In this document: positions 27,327-35,935 of the stretch, piece by piece
How positions within the stretch are numbered: position 1 is the first letter of the stretch
Layout: each line of letters opens with the position of its first letter
NCBI GenBank assembly: GCA_028713005.1
Contig: JAQTPC010000006.1
Location: forward strand, 1 to 56,023
Direction of reading: 5' to 3'
Source: Minisyncoccota bacterium
GTDB taxonomy: Bacteria > Patescibacteriota > Minisyncoccia > Phycocordibacterales > PALSA-1337
DNA: 56,023 nucleotides
Notes under the pieces: generated by a model
Databases searched by the model: none
What the model saw: only the letters and a program-made list of their open reading frames with translations
What the model was told of the DNA's origin: nothing
Position numbers and translations under genes: made by a program

Positions 27327-28085
27327 TTACGCTTCAATCTTTGAGAAAAGATACGCACCAACTGCTATCGCAAGAACAACTACACCTGAAAGGACAAGCG
27401 CATCTGTGAAAAGACCGAAATGTGTAACTCCAGTAAGTACATGTCTCATAGCGTCCACACCGTACGTAAGCGGATTGATATCTGAAACAATACGGATAGC
27501 AGTAGGTGCCGTGTCGAGCGGAAAAAGTGCTCCTGCAAGAAAGAATAGAGGCATGACAAGTAGGTTCACAATGAGACCGAAGCCTTGAATATCCTGCATA
27601 AGTGATCCAAAAATAGTACCAAGTGCAGCAAAAATCACTGCAATGGTAAACATGACTACCAAACTCAGCAATGCTCCGATGATAGTCGTATGGAACCCGA
27701 CACAGAAAGTAATGAGAAGGACAATACTTCCCTGAAAAAATGCTGTCGTTGCTCCACCTAACGTGCGCCCAATCATAACAGCAGTGCGGCTCACAGGTGC
27801 GACCAGGGTCTCTTTGAGAAAACCAAATCGACGATCCCAGATGATCTCGATGCCAGAAAAAACTGCCGCAAACAATATACTCATAGCAATGATGCCAGGT
27901 GAAAGAAATAGTATATAATCCCCTCCTCCCCCTTTTTCAAATATTGGACCGAGGCCAAAACCAAGTACCAGAAGGAAAAGAAGTGGTTGACCGAGGGAGC
28001 CGATGATGCGCGACTTCGAACGAAAATATTTCTTTATCTGCCTAAGCCAGAGGATATAGATTGTAGTGAGAGTAGTTGAGTTCAT
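27327..28085 (-). CDS. ABC-2 type transporter permease
   Basis: Six hydrophobic segments, and it immediately follows the ATPase gene (3-nt gap). Confidence 0.85.
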   Translation of the reverse strand: MNSTTLTTIYILWLRQIKKYFRSKSRIIGSLGQPLLFLLVLGFGLGPIFEKGGGGDYILFLSPGIIAMSILFAAVFSGIEIIWDRRFGFLKETLVAPVSRTAVMIGRTLGGATTAFFQGSIVLLITFCVGFHTTIIGALLSLVVMFTIAVIFAALGTIFGSLMQDIQGFGLIVNLLVMPLFFLAGALFPLDTAPTAIRIVSDINPLTYGVDAMRHVLTGVTHFGLFTDALVLSGVVVLAIAVGAYLFSKIEA

Positions 28086-28088
28086 ATT

Positions 28089-28901
28089 CTATTTTTTATT
28101 GCCACCAAACATCTTGCGCATTGAACGGAGATGATCGACGGAGTCCACGCTCTCTTCGCGGATGTCATGACCAGTCAGCTTGATAAAAGCATCCTCCAAT
28201 GTAGTACCGCCATTTTTTGAAATGATACCTTGGACTGTATCGCTTGCCACCATCCCTCCGTGGTCTATGACGACAACATGATCAGCAACACGCTCAACTT
28301 CGTCCATATAATGTGTAGTAAAGAAAACGGTCAAACCCTTCTCAGCATTGAGCTTCTTTATATATGACCAGATATGATTGCGTGTCTGTGGATCGAGGCC
28401 AACTGTTGGCTCATCGAGAAATAGAACCGCTGGCGTATGGAGGAGACCACGCGCTATTTCGAGGCGACGCTTCATGCCACCGGAAAAGTTTTTTACAAAA
28501 TCATCTTTACGATCCCAGAGTTCGACAAATCTCAATAACTCCTCAATACTCGTCTTCGCTTCGCTTTTCGGTACACCGAAGATACCCGCATGAAAAGCCA
28601 TATTCTCATATGCAGAGAGATCGTCATCAAGGCTCGCGTCTTGAAAGACGATACCACATGATTTCCTCACTGCATGAGGATCCTTTGATGGATCAAAGCC
28701 ATTGATGGTGATAGTGCCAGATGTTGGAGCCAGAAGCGTCGTAAGCATCCTGATTGTAGTCGTCTTTCCTGCACCATTGGGACCAAGGAAAGCAAATGTA
28801 CTACCTTTTGGAACTTCAAATGACACATCCTTTACTGCCTCAAACCCACCTTTAAAGGTTTTGGTGAGATTCTGTACTGATATGGCTTGATTGGTACTCA
28901 T
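28089..28901 (-). CDS. ABC transporter ATP-binding protein (DrrA/ABC-2 type)
   Basis: Walker A GPNGAGKTTT, signature FSGGMKRRLEIARGL and Walker B VLFLDEPTVGLD are present. Confidence 0.95.
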   Translation of the reverse strand: MSTNQAISVQNLTKTFKGGFEAVKDVSFEVPKGSTFAFLGPNGAGKTTTIRMLTTLLAPTSGTITINGFDPSKDPHAVRKSCGIVFQDASLDDDLSAYENMAFHAGIFGVPKSEAKTSIEELLRFVELWDRKDDFVKNFSGGMKRRLEIARGLLHTPAVLFLDEPTVGLDPQTRNHIWSYIKKLNAEKGLTVFFTTHYMDEVERVADHVVVIDHGGMVASDTVQGIISKNGGTTLEDAFIKLTGHDIREESVDSVDHLRSMRKMFGGNKK

Positions 28902-28919
28902 TCCCCTATTTTACCATGG

Positions 28920-30113
28920 TTACTTGAGTATAGTGTAGAAATGATCAAATGTTTTTTGAAACTCACTAATCAAATAGGAATTATCTGTTACAAAAGCATT
29001 TTCATCATTATTATAAAATCCCCAGAGACTCCAGTTCTGAGAGCCAAAGACGAGCACCTTACCATCAGCGATAAGCGAGTGATGGTGGATATACGGAGCA
29101 AAATCATCTGGTAATACATCAATAGATTGAGCAGGTAGTTTTGTATCAAGTATTATTTCTAAGTTATTAAGACCAAGCTTCTCTTTTTGTTCCTGAAGAT
29201 ATGGGATCATCGACGCTTCCGTAGAAGCCGTAGCAACTTCAGCAATGATACGAACTTTCACGCCTGCCTGAACCCTCTTTACAACAGCAGAAGCAACTTG
29301 CCGATCAGTGATATCCCACATCATGAGATCAAGAGTTTTTTCAGATTTACCGATAATATCTATGATTCGATATTTTACTGCTTGTTTTCCAAAGCCCGGA
29401 GAAAACCATACTTCAATAAAACTATCTGTGTACTGTATCGTAGTGGCCCACGGATTGTACGTTGTGACTGCTAATTTTTTTGTCCCTGATATTTTCTGCT
29501 TAAGTAGATCAAATTCTTTTCCATAAACAGTTACCAAATCATGATCATGTGTCACCAAAAAATAACTCTGATTGTATTTTTCGCCCCAGGTAGTGAAATT
29601 AAAAGACCCTGTCGTCAGTTGCTCTGTAGAATATCCTCGATCAACAATCATGAACTTATCATGCATGTAAACTTTTTTAAGTGAATCGATTGCATCATAT
29701 TTACCCGCATCAATCCTTTGGATAGTAGTAGGTAAATCAGAGAATACATAATCATGTTGCTTAGCTTTTGAGGTATTGAGTACGAGCGTCACTTTTACCC
29801 CTCTTTTATCGGCGGCATATATCGCCTGTTTCAATTCATCTGAACTAAATGAAAAGATAGCCAATTCAAGCGTATGTTGAGCTGAATCAATCTGTTTTTT
29901 CAATATATCCAATGAGCCTGTCTGTCCAACGGTATTATTGAAATATATATCTGAATCAAAAGGATGCTGAACAATGATGCTTTCTTGTGGACCAAAAACA
30001 AAGACCCTTTTTTCATTACTGTACAGAGCAAACCTGACACTCCCATAAACTACAGTACCAGCTAAAACTAAAAAAATGAGAATTGTGTATTTAAGCTGTA
30101 AGGCGAACTTCAT
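28920..30113 (-). CDS. TM-anchored phospholipase D / HKD-superfamily protein
   Basis: The N-terminal TM is KYTILIFLVLAGTVVYGSV. The first HKD is YMHDKFMIVD...GSFN. The second is IHHHSLIADGKVLVFGSQN, with Ser in place of Lys. The start ATG (30113, alternatives 30128 and 30137) overlaps the upstream gene. Confidence 0.8.
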   Translation of the reverse strand: MKFALQLKYTILIFLVLAGTVVYGSVRFALYSNEKRVFVFGPQESIIVQHPFDSDIYFNNTVGQTGSLDILKKQIDSAQHTLELAIFSFSSDELKQAIYAADKRGVKVTLVLNTSKAKQHDYVFSDLPTTIQRIDAGKYDAIDSLKKVYMHDKFMIVDRGYSTEQLTTGSFNFTTWGEKYNQSYFLVTHDHDLVTVYGKEFDLLKQKISGTKKLAVTTYNPWATTIQYTDSFIEVWFSPGFGKQAVKYRIIDIIGKSEKTLDLMMWDITDRQVASAVVKRVQAGVKVRIIAEVATASTEASMIPYLQEQKEKLGLNNLEIILDTKLPAQSIDVLPDDFAPYIHHHSLIADGKVLVFGSQNWSLWGFYNNDENAFVTDNSYLISEFQKTFDHFYTILK

Positions 30114-31824
30114 TTTGTTCGATGACATAGCGCTCATTATATATGATTGAAAAATTTATTTCTCTTGAGAAGACAACGAGCGTAGATTCTGGAAGTTCAG
30201 CGTCCAAGATATGTAGCAATGCTGTTATATCTGCATACCCACTATCGACCCACTGATTATCAACAACGATCAATTGCGGTCGACTAATGATGCAGTGCAG
30301 AGTTTGAACTGCAAATAATAATGTTGGACTATCACTGAAAATTGAGAGCGGTTCGCCGATAAATCTCTTCTTGCTCCGAATCTTAGAAAAAACAGGATAT
30401 TTTTGGCATAGCGTATACACCCGTGCAATATCATCTTCAGTGATTTGCTGCATCTCTTTTGCAAAAATAATCTCACCGATAGTCTTTTCACTATATACGT
30501 GAGGAGCAAAAAAATAACGATTCGCATATTCTTGTGCCCATGTATTCCCATCAACCCTTTTTGCGTCGATCTTCACTACCCAGCCAAGCGGATTGAATAC
30601 TGCATTGCCAGTAAACAGACGTGCAAGAGCCGTCTTACCTGTATACGCCGCACCAGTAAATAAATACCTTTGTCCCCGACGAAGCGAGATAGAGACGCGC
30701 TTCATGTAATTCCCTTCGACAAATAACTTGATCTTATTTGAGATGAATGTGATATGGTTCCACGTATCTTTGTTTATCTGGCGAAGCGATGTTGCGCCCT
30801 CAGGTATAGCGAGAAACAAACCAAGCTTAAGTGGCAACAGATACAAACCTGTCTGAACTGACTCATACAAGAAACGGATAGCATAGAGCGAGATGATCGT
30901 AGCAAGTATAGTAGTAGCCGGGTCATACAAGAACGAAATCAACTCTGGATGAGAAAAGCTAATAATAATAAGGATGCTTGTGGCAGCAAATACCCCCGCA
31001 AAAAATACCCTATTAAGATACCGCAACCAAATATCACGACGTATTCTGAAATAGGTATCAACTCCGACACGAGCATCGAGCGCATCAAGTGCAGATTGCT
31101 CGCCTTGCAAAATCTTTGTGAATGACAGCTCTGAAAGAGTCAAGGTCACGTGACGTATCACCTGAGAGTATGAGGCAACCTCTCGGGAGATGAAATACCG
31201 GGCAATGCCATATGAGATTAGACCAACACAAACTCCTAGGAATACGAGAGCAGCAATGCCGATAATATAATGTGGACCCGCAATAATACTGAGTGATATC
31301 AATACAACAGCCATGATGACCCAACGTACACTGCCCAACAAACTATGATCGACGCCGAGCGATAATAACGGCAGATGATATGATACTTTAGCTATAAAAT
31401 CAGCCTTCTCTTCATTGGTAACTGATGTGTATGAGCGACGTAAAAGCACAGAAAAAAGACGTTTGCGAATATCGTTTATAAGACCGAGGACAAGGGTTCT
31501 TTCAAATTTGATAGTGAGATATGTCACACACAGATAAAGCAATGCGCCACAGAGCACAGAGATAATAAAGACAGATAGTGCTTTTGTATGAAGCGCATAG
31601 TATATCTGTTCGCGAATCGATCCATTGAGAAAGATGAGCACTCCGATTTCAATGATAGCTTGGGCAACTATAAGAGACGGTAGAATAAGGATTGAGCGCG
31701 TATTCTTTTGTAAAAACTGGCGTATATAATGCCAATGATGCCTCTCAAGCCTCATCGGACGGATAGACTGTTTTATGATGCGCCTCTGTTGATACAAGAG
31801 CGCCTGCCTGCCGATATTAAACAT
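30091..31824 (-). CDS. ABC-exporter-like protein (6-TM domain plus degenerate nucleotide-binding domain)
   Basis: The TMD runs from about ILILPSLIVAQAIIEIGVLIF to LGLFLAIPEG. In the NBD, Walker A is intact (GAAYTGKT), the signature is degenerate (LSIFSD), Walker B is LIVVDN (Asn in place of the catalytic Glu), and no H-loop His is recognisable. ATG 31824 overlaps the RT stop by 8 nt (ATGTTTAA). ATG 31755 is an alternative start. Confidence 0.75.
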   Translation of the reverse strand: MFNIGRQALLYQQRRIIKQSIRPMRLERHHWHYIRQFLQKNTRSILILPSLIVAQAIIEIGVLIFLNGSIREQIYYALHTKALSVFIISVLCGALLYLCVTYLTIKFERTLVLGLINDIRKRLFSVLLRRSYTSVTNEEKADFIAKVSYHLPLLSLGVDHSLLGSVRWVIMAVVLISLSIIAGPHYIIGIAALVFLGVCVGLISYGIARYFISREVASYSQVIRHVTLTLSELSFTKILQGEQSALDALDARVGVDTYFRIRRDIWLRYLNRVFFAGVFAATSILIIISFSHPELISFLYDPATTILATIISLYAIRFLYESVQTGLYLLPLKLGLFLAIPEGATSLRQINKDTWNHITFISNKIKLFVEGNYMKRVSISLRRGQRYLFTGAAYTGKTALARLFTGNAVFNPLGWVVKIDAKRVDGNTWAQEYANRYFFAPHVYSEKTIGEIIFAKEMQQITEDDIARVYTLCQKYPVFSKIRSKKRFIGEPLSIFSDSPTLLFAVQTLHCIISRPQLIVVDNQWVDSGYADITALLHILDAELPESTLVVFSREINFSIIYNERYVIEQNEVRLTA

Positions 31825-33046
31825 GTTTTTTAGGATAACGTACTTCCCTATAATACTCAAAGAGACTGCGGATTCCAGTCTTCCTCAAAACAGGCTCAAC
31901 TTCCCGACGATTTTTTGGCGTATATCTGCCCTTAAAATAAACCGTCAGCATATGAAAAAGCTTTTCAGAGAACTGCTTCATATATGCATCATCATCAACC
32001 AATCTCTTTTGATCAATAAGCTGAGTAAATTGATTATCAAAATTATCGGTTCCCTCCATAATGAGAGAGCGGATATGTTTCATCTTTGCTGAAACGCTTT
32101 TTGCGCGCGAAGAAAATATATCACGCTTCCATGATGCCAACGCCTTATTTCTTGAGCTTTCATCAAAACTAATCTTTCCCGCACGAAAGGAATATCCCAG
32201 AAATTTAAAAGGTTGGGTGCTCGGGATAAGTTTCGCCTTATCAGTATTGAGTCTTACTTTGAGATCCTGAACTGTCTTTGCGAGCTCACTGCCCACATGT
32301 GCTACTTTTTTTGCATCTTTATCCATAGCGATGATATCGTCTCCGACACGACGATAGAGCGCAACGGACTTCCCTGCCCATTTATCAAAATCATCCATAT
32401 AGAAGTTTGAAAGAAGCGCATACAACGGCGTTCCCGTGAGGACACCTCGAGGTCGTTCTATTAAAACTCCATCTTCCAATGTATTGGTTTTAATAAAAAG
32501 CTCCAGTAACCGGAGCGTCCGTGCATCAAGCCCAAGTCCAAGCAGTTTTTTCAAAAGAATGTCATGGTCAATTGTATCAGCATAATCCGAAATATCAGTC
32601 ACCAGTACATGATCTTCGCCATAATATCTCTTGTATCTGCGGGTGGCGCTTCGAGCCGCATAGTATGAAGGGTGAGAAGAGCGATATGAAAAAAGAAAAG
32701 GAGAAAAATAACTATCGAAAAATGGCAAGAGTACGCGATATATCGCTTCAGCTTTTATGCGCTCTTTGATCGAGTAGACGAATATCTTTCTCTTTTTGCC
32801 ATTCTTCTTGGGAATAGTCTGCATGTACGCAGGACGTATCTTTTTTAGATCACGCATTTCTTGCCTGATCACAGGAATTTCTTCAGTAGAAGAAAAATTG
32901 AGGGTATTGAGCTTAATGCCGTCGACTCCTCTGTACCTGCCCGCTTTTGATTCCTCGTCAAATTTTCTCACCAGATCAGTATATGCATGCGTGATATTTT
33001 CTGATGACGTGATCAGATCGAAGGCGTTTTCAGGAAAGACATTCAT
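31817..33046 (-). CDS. Reverse transcriptase (unclassified; not obviously retron, DGR or group II type)
   Basis: RT motifs: IPKKNGKKRKIF, FSYRSSHPSYYAA, VLVTDISDYADTIDHDILL, RGVLTGTPLYALLSNFYMDDF, ALYRRVGDDIIAM, VRLNTDKAKLI and FKFLGYSF, plus a helical C-terminal extension of about 110 aa. The start is trimmed from GTG 33169 to ATG 33046 (MNVFPENAF). Confidence 0.9.
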   Translation of the reverse strand: MNVFPENAFDLITSSENITHAYTDLVRKFDEESKAGRYRGVDGIKLNTLNFSSTEEIPVIRQEMRDLKKIRPAYMQTIPKKNGKKRKIFVYSIKERIKAEAIYRVLLPFFDSYFSPFLFSYRSSHPSYYAARSATRRYKRYYGEDHVLVTDISDYADTIDHDILLKKLLGLGLDARTLRLLELFIKTNTLEDGVLIERPRGVLTGTPLYALLSNFYMDDFDKWAGKSVALYRRVGDDIIAMDKDAKKVAHVGSELAKTVQDLKVRLNTDKAKLIPSTQPFKFLGYSFRAGKISFDESSRNKALASWKRDIFSSRAKSVSAKMKHIRSLIMEGTDNFDNQFTQLIDQKRLVDDDAYMKQFSEKLFHMLTVYFKGRYTPKNRREVEPVLRKTGIRSLFEYYREVRYPKKHV

Positions 33047-33065
33047 ATAGGAAACCGTAAACACT

Positions 33066-33257
33066 GATAGCACCACCGGAGAGCGACAGATACCGAACGG
33101 CCTGTCGCCATTCAAAAAGATAATTGGCGAAGCAAAATAATAAATTTTGCTTCGGCAAAAATAAATCACTTCACTTCTGACACCGGCATTAGGCGGTTGA
33201 TAATGTCAGAAGCCGGTAATTGATAATGCGCAACTAAGTTTCTTCGGTGATGCTATC
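33066..33257 (-). ncRNA. Candidate structured RT-associated ncRNA (retron/DRT-like architecture)
   Basis: On the minus strand, GAUAGCAUCACCG (33257..33245) pairs with CGGUGGUGCUAUC (33078..33066). That is 13 bp including one G-U, which would be a C-A mismatch on the plus strand. The helix encloses three hairpins: 33174..33212 (9 bp), 33128..33154 (11 bp) and 33083..33108 (7 bp). The structure ends 20 nt before the RT ATG. Confidence 0.5.
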
Positions 33258-33298
33258 AACGTTCACAGTATGTAAACATTCTAACATAACCACTCTGG

Positions 33299-35008
33299 CT
33301 ATGAATTTTTGACAAGATGCTTGAAAGCGTATTCGAGTGTACCTCCGACTTTCTTGCCAGGGTTGAATATTCCCTGTGGATCCCAAATCTTTTTAACCTC
33401 TTCAAAAAGCCTATACACCTCTTCACCATACTGCATCTTTACGAATGGTGTACGAATGATGCCATCATTATGCTCGCCACTAATCGAGCCGTTAAACTCA
33501 TGGACGAGCTTATACACCTTTACTGACAAATCTTCGATGATGGTATGTGACTTTGGGTCGTTCAGATTCATGAGCGGAATGATATGAAAGTTTCCATCTC
33601 CCACGTGTCCCGCAATCGTATAGGTGATGTCATGTTCATACTGACCGAGGATAGCGTAGAGGCGTGGTAAGAACTTTGGCAATGTCTCGGGTGGTACAAC
33701 AAAGTCATCGATGAATGGTGCGGTACGGACACCTTTGACATGCTGACGCAGCATATTGAAACTTTCACGACGAATGATCCAGTACTTATTTGATTGACGA
33801 GCTGTTTTGGTGACCAGGGACTTTTCATGGATATCTTTGAGCGAATCATGTGCAGCGATTGCGAGACGGAGAGCTTCTTCATCGGTATCGGCAGTGAACT
33901 CAGCCATAAGGACCATCTTTGGCACGCCGCCACGGACAACTGCGAGCATCTCAGGGATGAACTGAAAACCAAGTGAGATAATATTACCCTTCATTCTCTT
34001 GATAAGTGAAGGAAGGAACTTAAGAGCAACCTTAAATGTATGATCATCATACGACTCGAAGCTTTCTGGTTTGAACTGCATGATATGTGTCGCTGTTGGT
34101 GCAAGCTGTGCGAGGTCTTTGAGGAAGACTACCACCATGTGTGAATACTTCTTTGGCTTAACAAGTGCAAACTCAATCTCAGTGACGAGGCCGAGCGTGC
34201 CCTGAGAACCAACGATCATCTTTGTCAGATCAAATATACCCTTTTCCTTGTCCCAGACATTCCAGAGAAAATAGCCACTTGAGTTTTTCGAAACAACTGG
34301 CTTGGCTTTCTGTAGGATGTCATAGTTTTTGTCGAGCAACTCATGCATCTTACGGTATATGTCGCTTTCAAAACTAGGAAGTTTCTTTGCTTGCTCCAAC
34401 TGATGCATAGTGAGCGGTTGGAAGGTATGTTCTTTACCGTCTGCAGTAACCATGTTGAGACGACGAACATAGCGTTCAGTCTTGCCGTAGGTGAGCGTCT
34501 TTTCTCCTCCAGAATTGTTCGCCACCATACCACCGACAGTACAGAGCTCGCGCGATGCAGGATAACTCGGCATGATCTGACCACCTGCTGCGAGAGTGAC
34601 TTTATCAAAATCGCGATAGTATACACCAGGCTCAGTCACTGCGTAACCACTGATTTCGACGCCAACAATAGGATCAAGAGTTTTTTCTTTGACTTCCTTT
34701 ATGTGACTGAAATTTTTGGTGAAATCAACAACGATGGACTCTGTGAGCGGACCACCTGACATATCTGTACCAGCTGAGCGCGCGGTGAGGGTAAGCTTTG
34801 GTTCGGCAATTGAACTATTTGAACGGTGAAGAGCTTCATCGGCGACATAACGGACGAGTTTTTCTACATCAGCAGTATTTTTTGGTGTGACAACGACAGA
34901 TGGCCTTACTTCGAACAGACTCGCATCATGACTGGCCTTATCGAGACTGTACTCACTGGTACTGACATCCCCTTCTATTATTTTTGAAAGTTTTTTTATG
35001 TCCAACAT
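33299..35008 (-). CDS. FAD-linked oxidase (GlcD / FAD_binding_4 family)
   Basis: ARSAGTDMSGGPL, GGMVANNSGGEKT and the C-terminal GSISGEHNDG are present. ATG 35008 has TATAAT 6 nt upstream. Confidence 0.9.
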   Translation of the reverse strand: MLDIKKLSKIIEGDVSTSEYSLDKASHDASLFEVRPSVVVTPKNTADVEKLVRYVADEALHRSNSSIAEPKLTLTARSAGTDMSGGPLTESIVVDFTKNFSHIKEVKEKTLDPIVGVEISGYAVTEPGVYYRDFDKVTLAAGGQIMPSYPASRELCTVGGMVANNSGGEKTLTYGKTERYVRRLNMVTADGKEHTFQPLTMHQLEQAKKLPSFESDIYRKMHELLDKNYDILQKAKPVVSKNSSGYFLWNVWDKEKGIFDLTKMIVGSQGTLGLVTEIEFALVKPKKYSHMVVVFLKDLAQLAPTATHIMQFKPESFESYDDHTFKVALKFLPSLIKRMKGNIISLGFQFIPEMLAVVRGGVPKMVLMAEFTADTDEEALRLAIAAHDSLKDIHEKSLVTKTARQSNKYWIIRRESFNMLRQHVKGVRTAPFIDDFVVPPETLPKFLPRLYAILGQYEHDITYTIAGHVGDGNFHIIPLMNLNDPKSHTIIEDLSVKVYKLVHEFNGSISGEHNDGIIRTPFVKMQYGEEVYRLFEEVKKIWDPQGIFNPGKKVGGTLEYAFKHLVKNS

Positions 35009-35096
35009 GGGAATATTATAACATTGAATTGACAAATCGTAAGTGCGTGTTAGTTTGAAATAAACGCAGTTCAACAAAAAAACAATAGGAGTAGCT

Positions 35097-35711
35097 ATGA
35101 GTCACCATATACCTGAAATAATAATCGGCGGTTTCCTCGGAACACTCCTGGGAATACTTACACTTCACCGCACCTTCCGTCCGCTCTCGAAAACAAAGAG
35201 CGTCGAAATTGTCACTGAAATACATCCGCCGGGAAGCGGATTACGGTCAGTCGATGGCACGGAGGTTGCAATCAGTATTGGACCAAAGCGGGACGCATTA
35301 CCCCCATCAAACGAACACATCGCACTTGAATCACCTTCAAAAAAGACCAGGGTTTCAAAGTGCGGCCATGTAGGACCGAAGACATATCACTTGAACCTTT
35401 ACGGTATACGCAGTATTGAATTTAGTGCCAAAGAGGCTGAGTGTCCCTCGTGCTTAACGGCGCGAATTAAAAAAGAGATCATTCGCTGTGCAGTATGTGG
35501 CCTCCCTATCTGTCCAGGTGAAGGGGTAGCTCTTTACTCGATAGAAAGCCCGGGAATCCGCAAAGAAATTGCCACTATCGTTGATGATGCAGTTATCGGC
35601 TGTCTACGTTGGAGTTGCTGTCCGAGCGGAGGATTCTTCGCAGGTCATTGGACTGAAAAGGGATTCACCCCTATTGATTGGAAAGAATACGAGTTGGAAA
35701 CAACGAAATGA
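35097..35711 (+). CDS. TM-anchored Cys-rich hypothetical protein (possible zinc-ribbon)
   Basis: The N-terminal TM is IIIGGFLGTLLGILTL. Cys pairs are CPSC, CAVCGLPIC and CLRWSCC. AGGAG lies 5 nt upstream of the ATG, which is unusual for this window. The gene is GC-richer by eye. Confidence 0.6.
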   Translation: MSHHIPEIIIGGFLGTLLGILTLHRTFRPLSKTKSVEIVTEIHPPGSGLRSVDGTEVAISIGPKRDALPPSNEHIALESPSKKTRVSKCGHVGPKTYHLNLYGIRSIEFSAKEAECPSCLTARIKKEIIRCAVCGLPICPGEGVALYSIESPGIRKEIATIVDDAVIGCLRWSCCPSGGFFAGHWTEKGFTPIDWKEYELETTK

Positions 35712-35725
35712 TCACCTCAAACACA

Positions 35726-35762
35726 AAGACCAAAAGCTCATCGGGCTTACGGTCTTTTTTTA
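35726..35762 (+). terminator. Intrinsic terminator
   Basis: AAGACC...GGTCTT stem followed by TTTTTTT. Confidence 0.6.
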
Positions 35763-35935
35763 TTTAAAATAAAAAAACCACCCTGTTTCTGGACTATTTT
35801 AGCTACCATACCCACTCCAAAAGCGCATCCACAAGATATGAACCTACCCCCTTGTTATCCCCTGGAAGAGAGCTATGATACGACGAGTTCCGTAGTTCTT
35901 TTCAAAAACAACCAACCACCACACCTCCTTATATT

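Noticed and set aside
33128-33154. 11-bp hairpin as the intrinsic terminator of the FAD-oxidase gene.
   Set aside because: On the minus strand it is not directly followed by a U-tract (the sequence is CC AAUUAUCUUUUU), and it is nested inside the 13-bp long-range helix. It fits better as part of the RT-associated RNA. Read-through versus termination remains untested.
31817-33257. RT as a group II intron protein or a DGR reverse transcriptase.
   Set aside because: No maturase X or endonuclease domains and no GUGYG or domain V-like RNA features were seen, and the RT overlaps downstream genes. The DGR-type SQ motif is absent (GTPLYALLSN). I found no TR/VR-like repeat of the upstream region in the neighbouring gene ends, though that search was by eye only.
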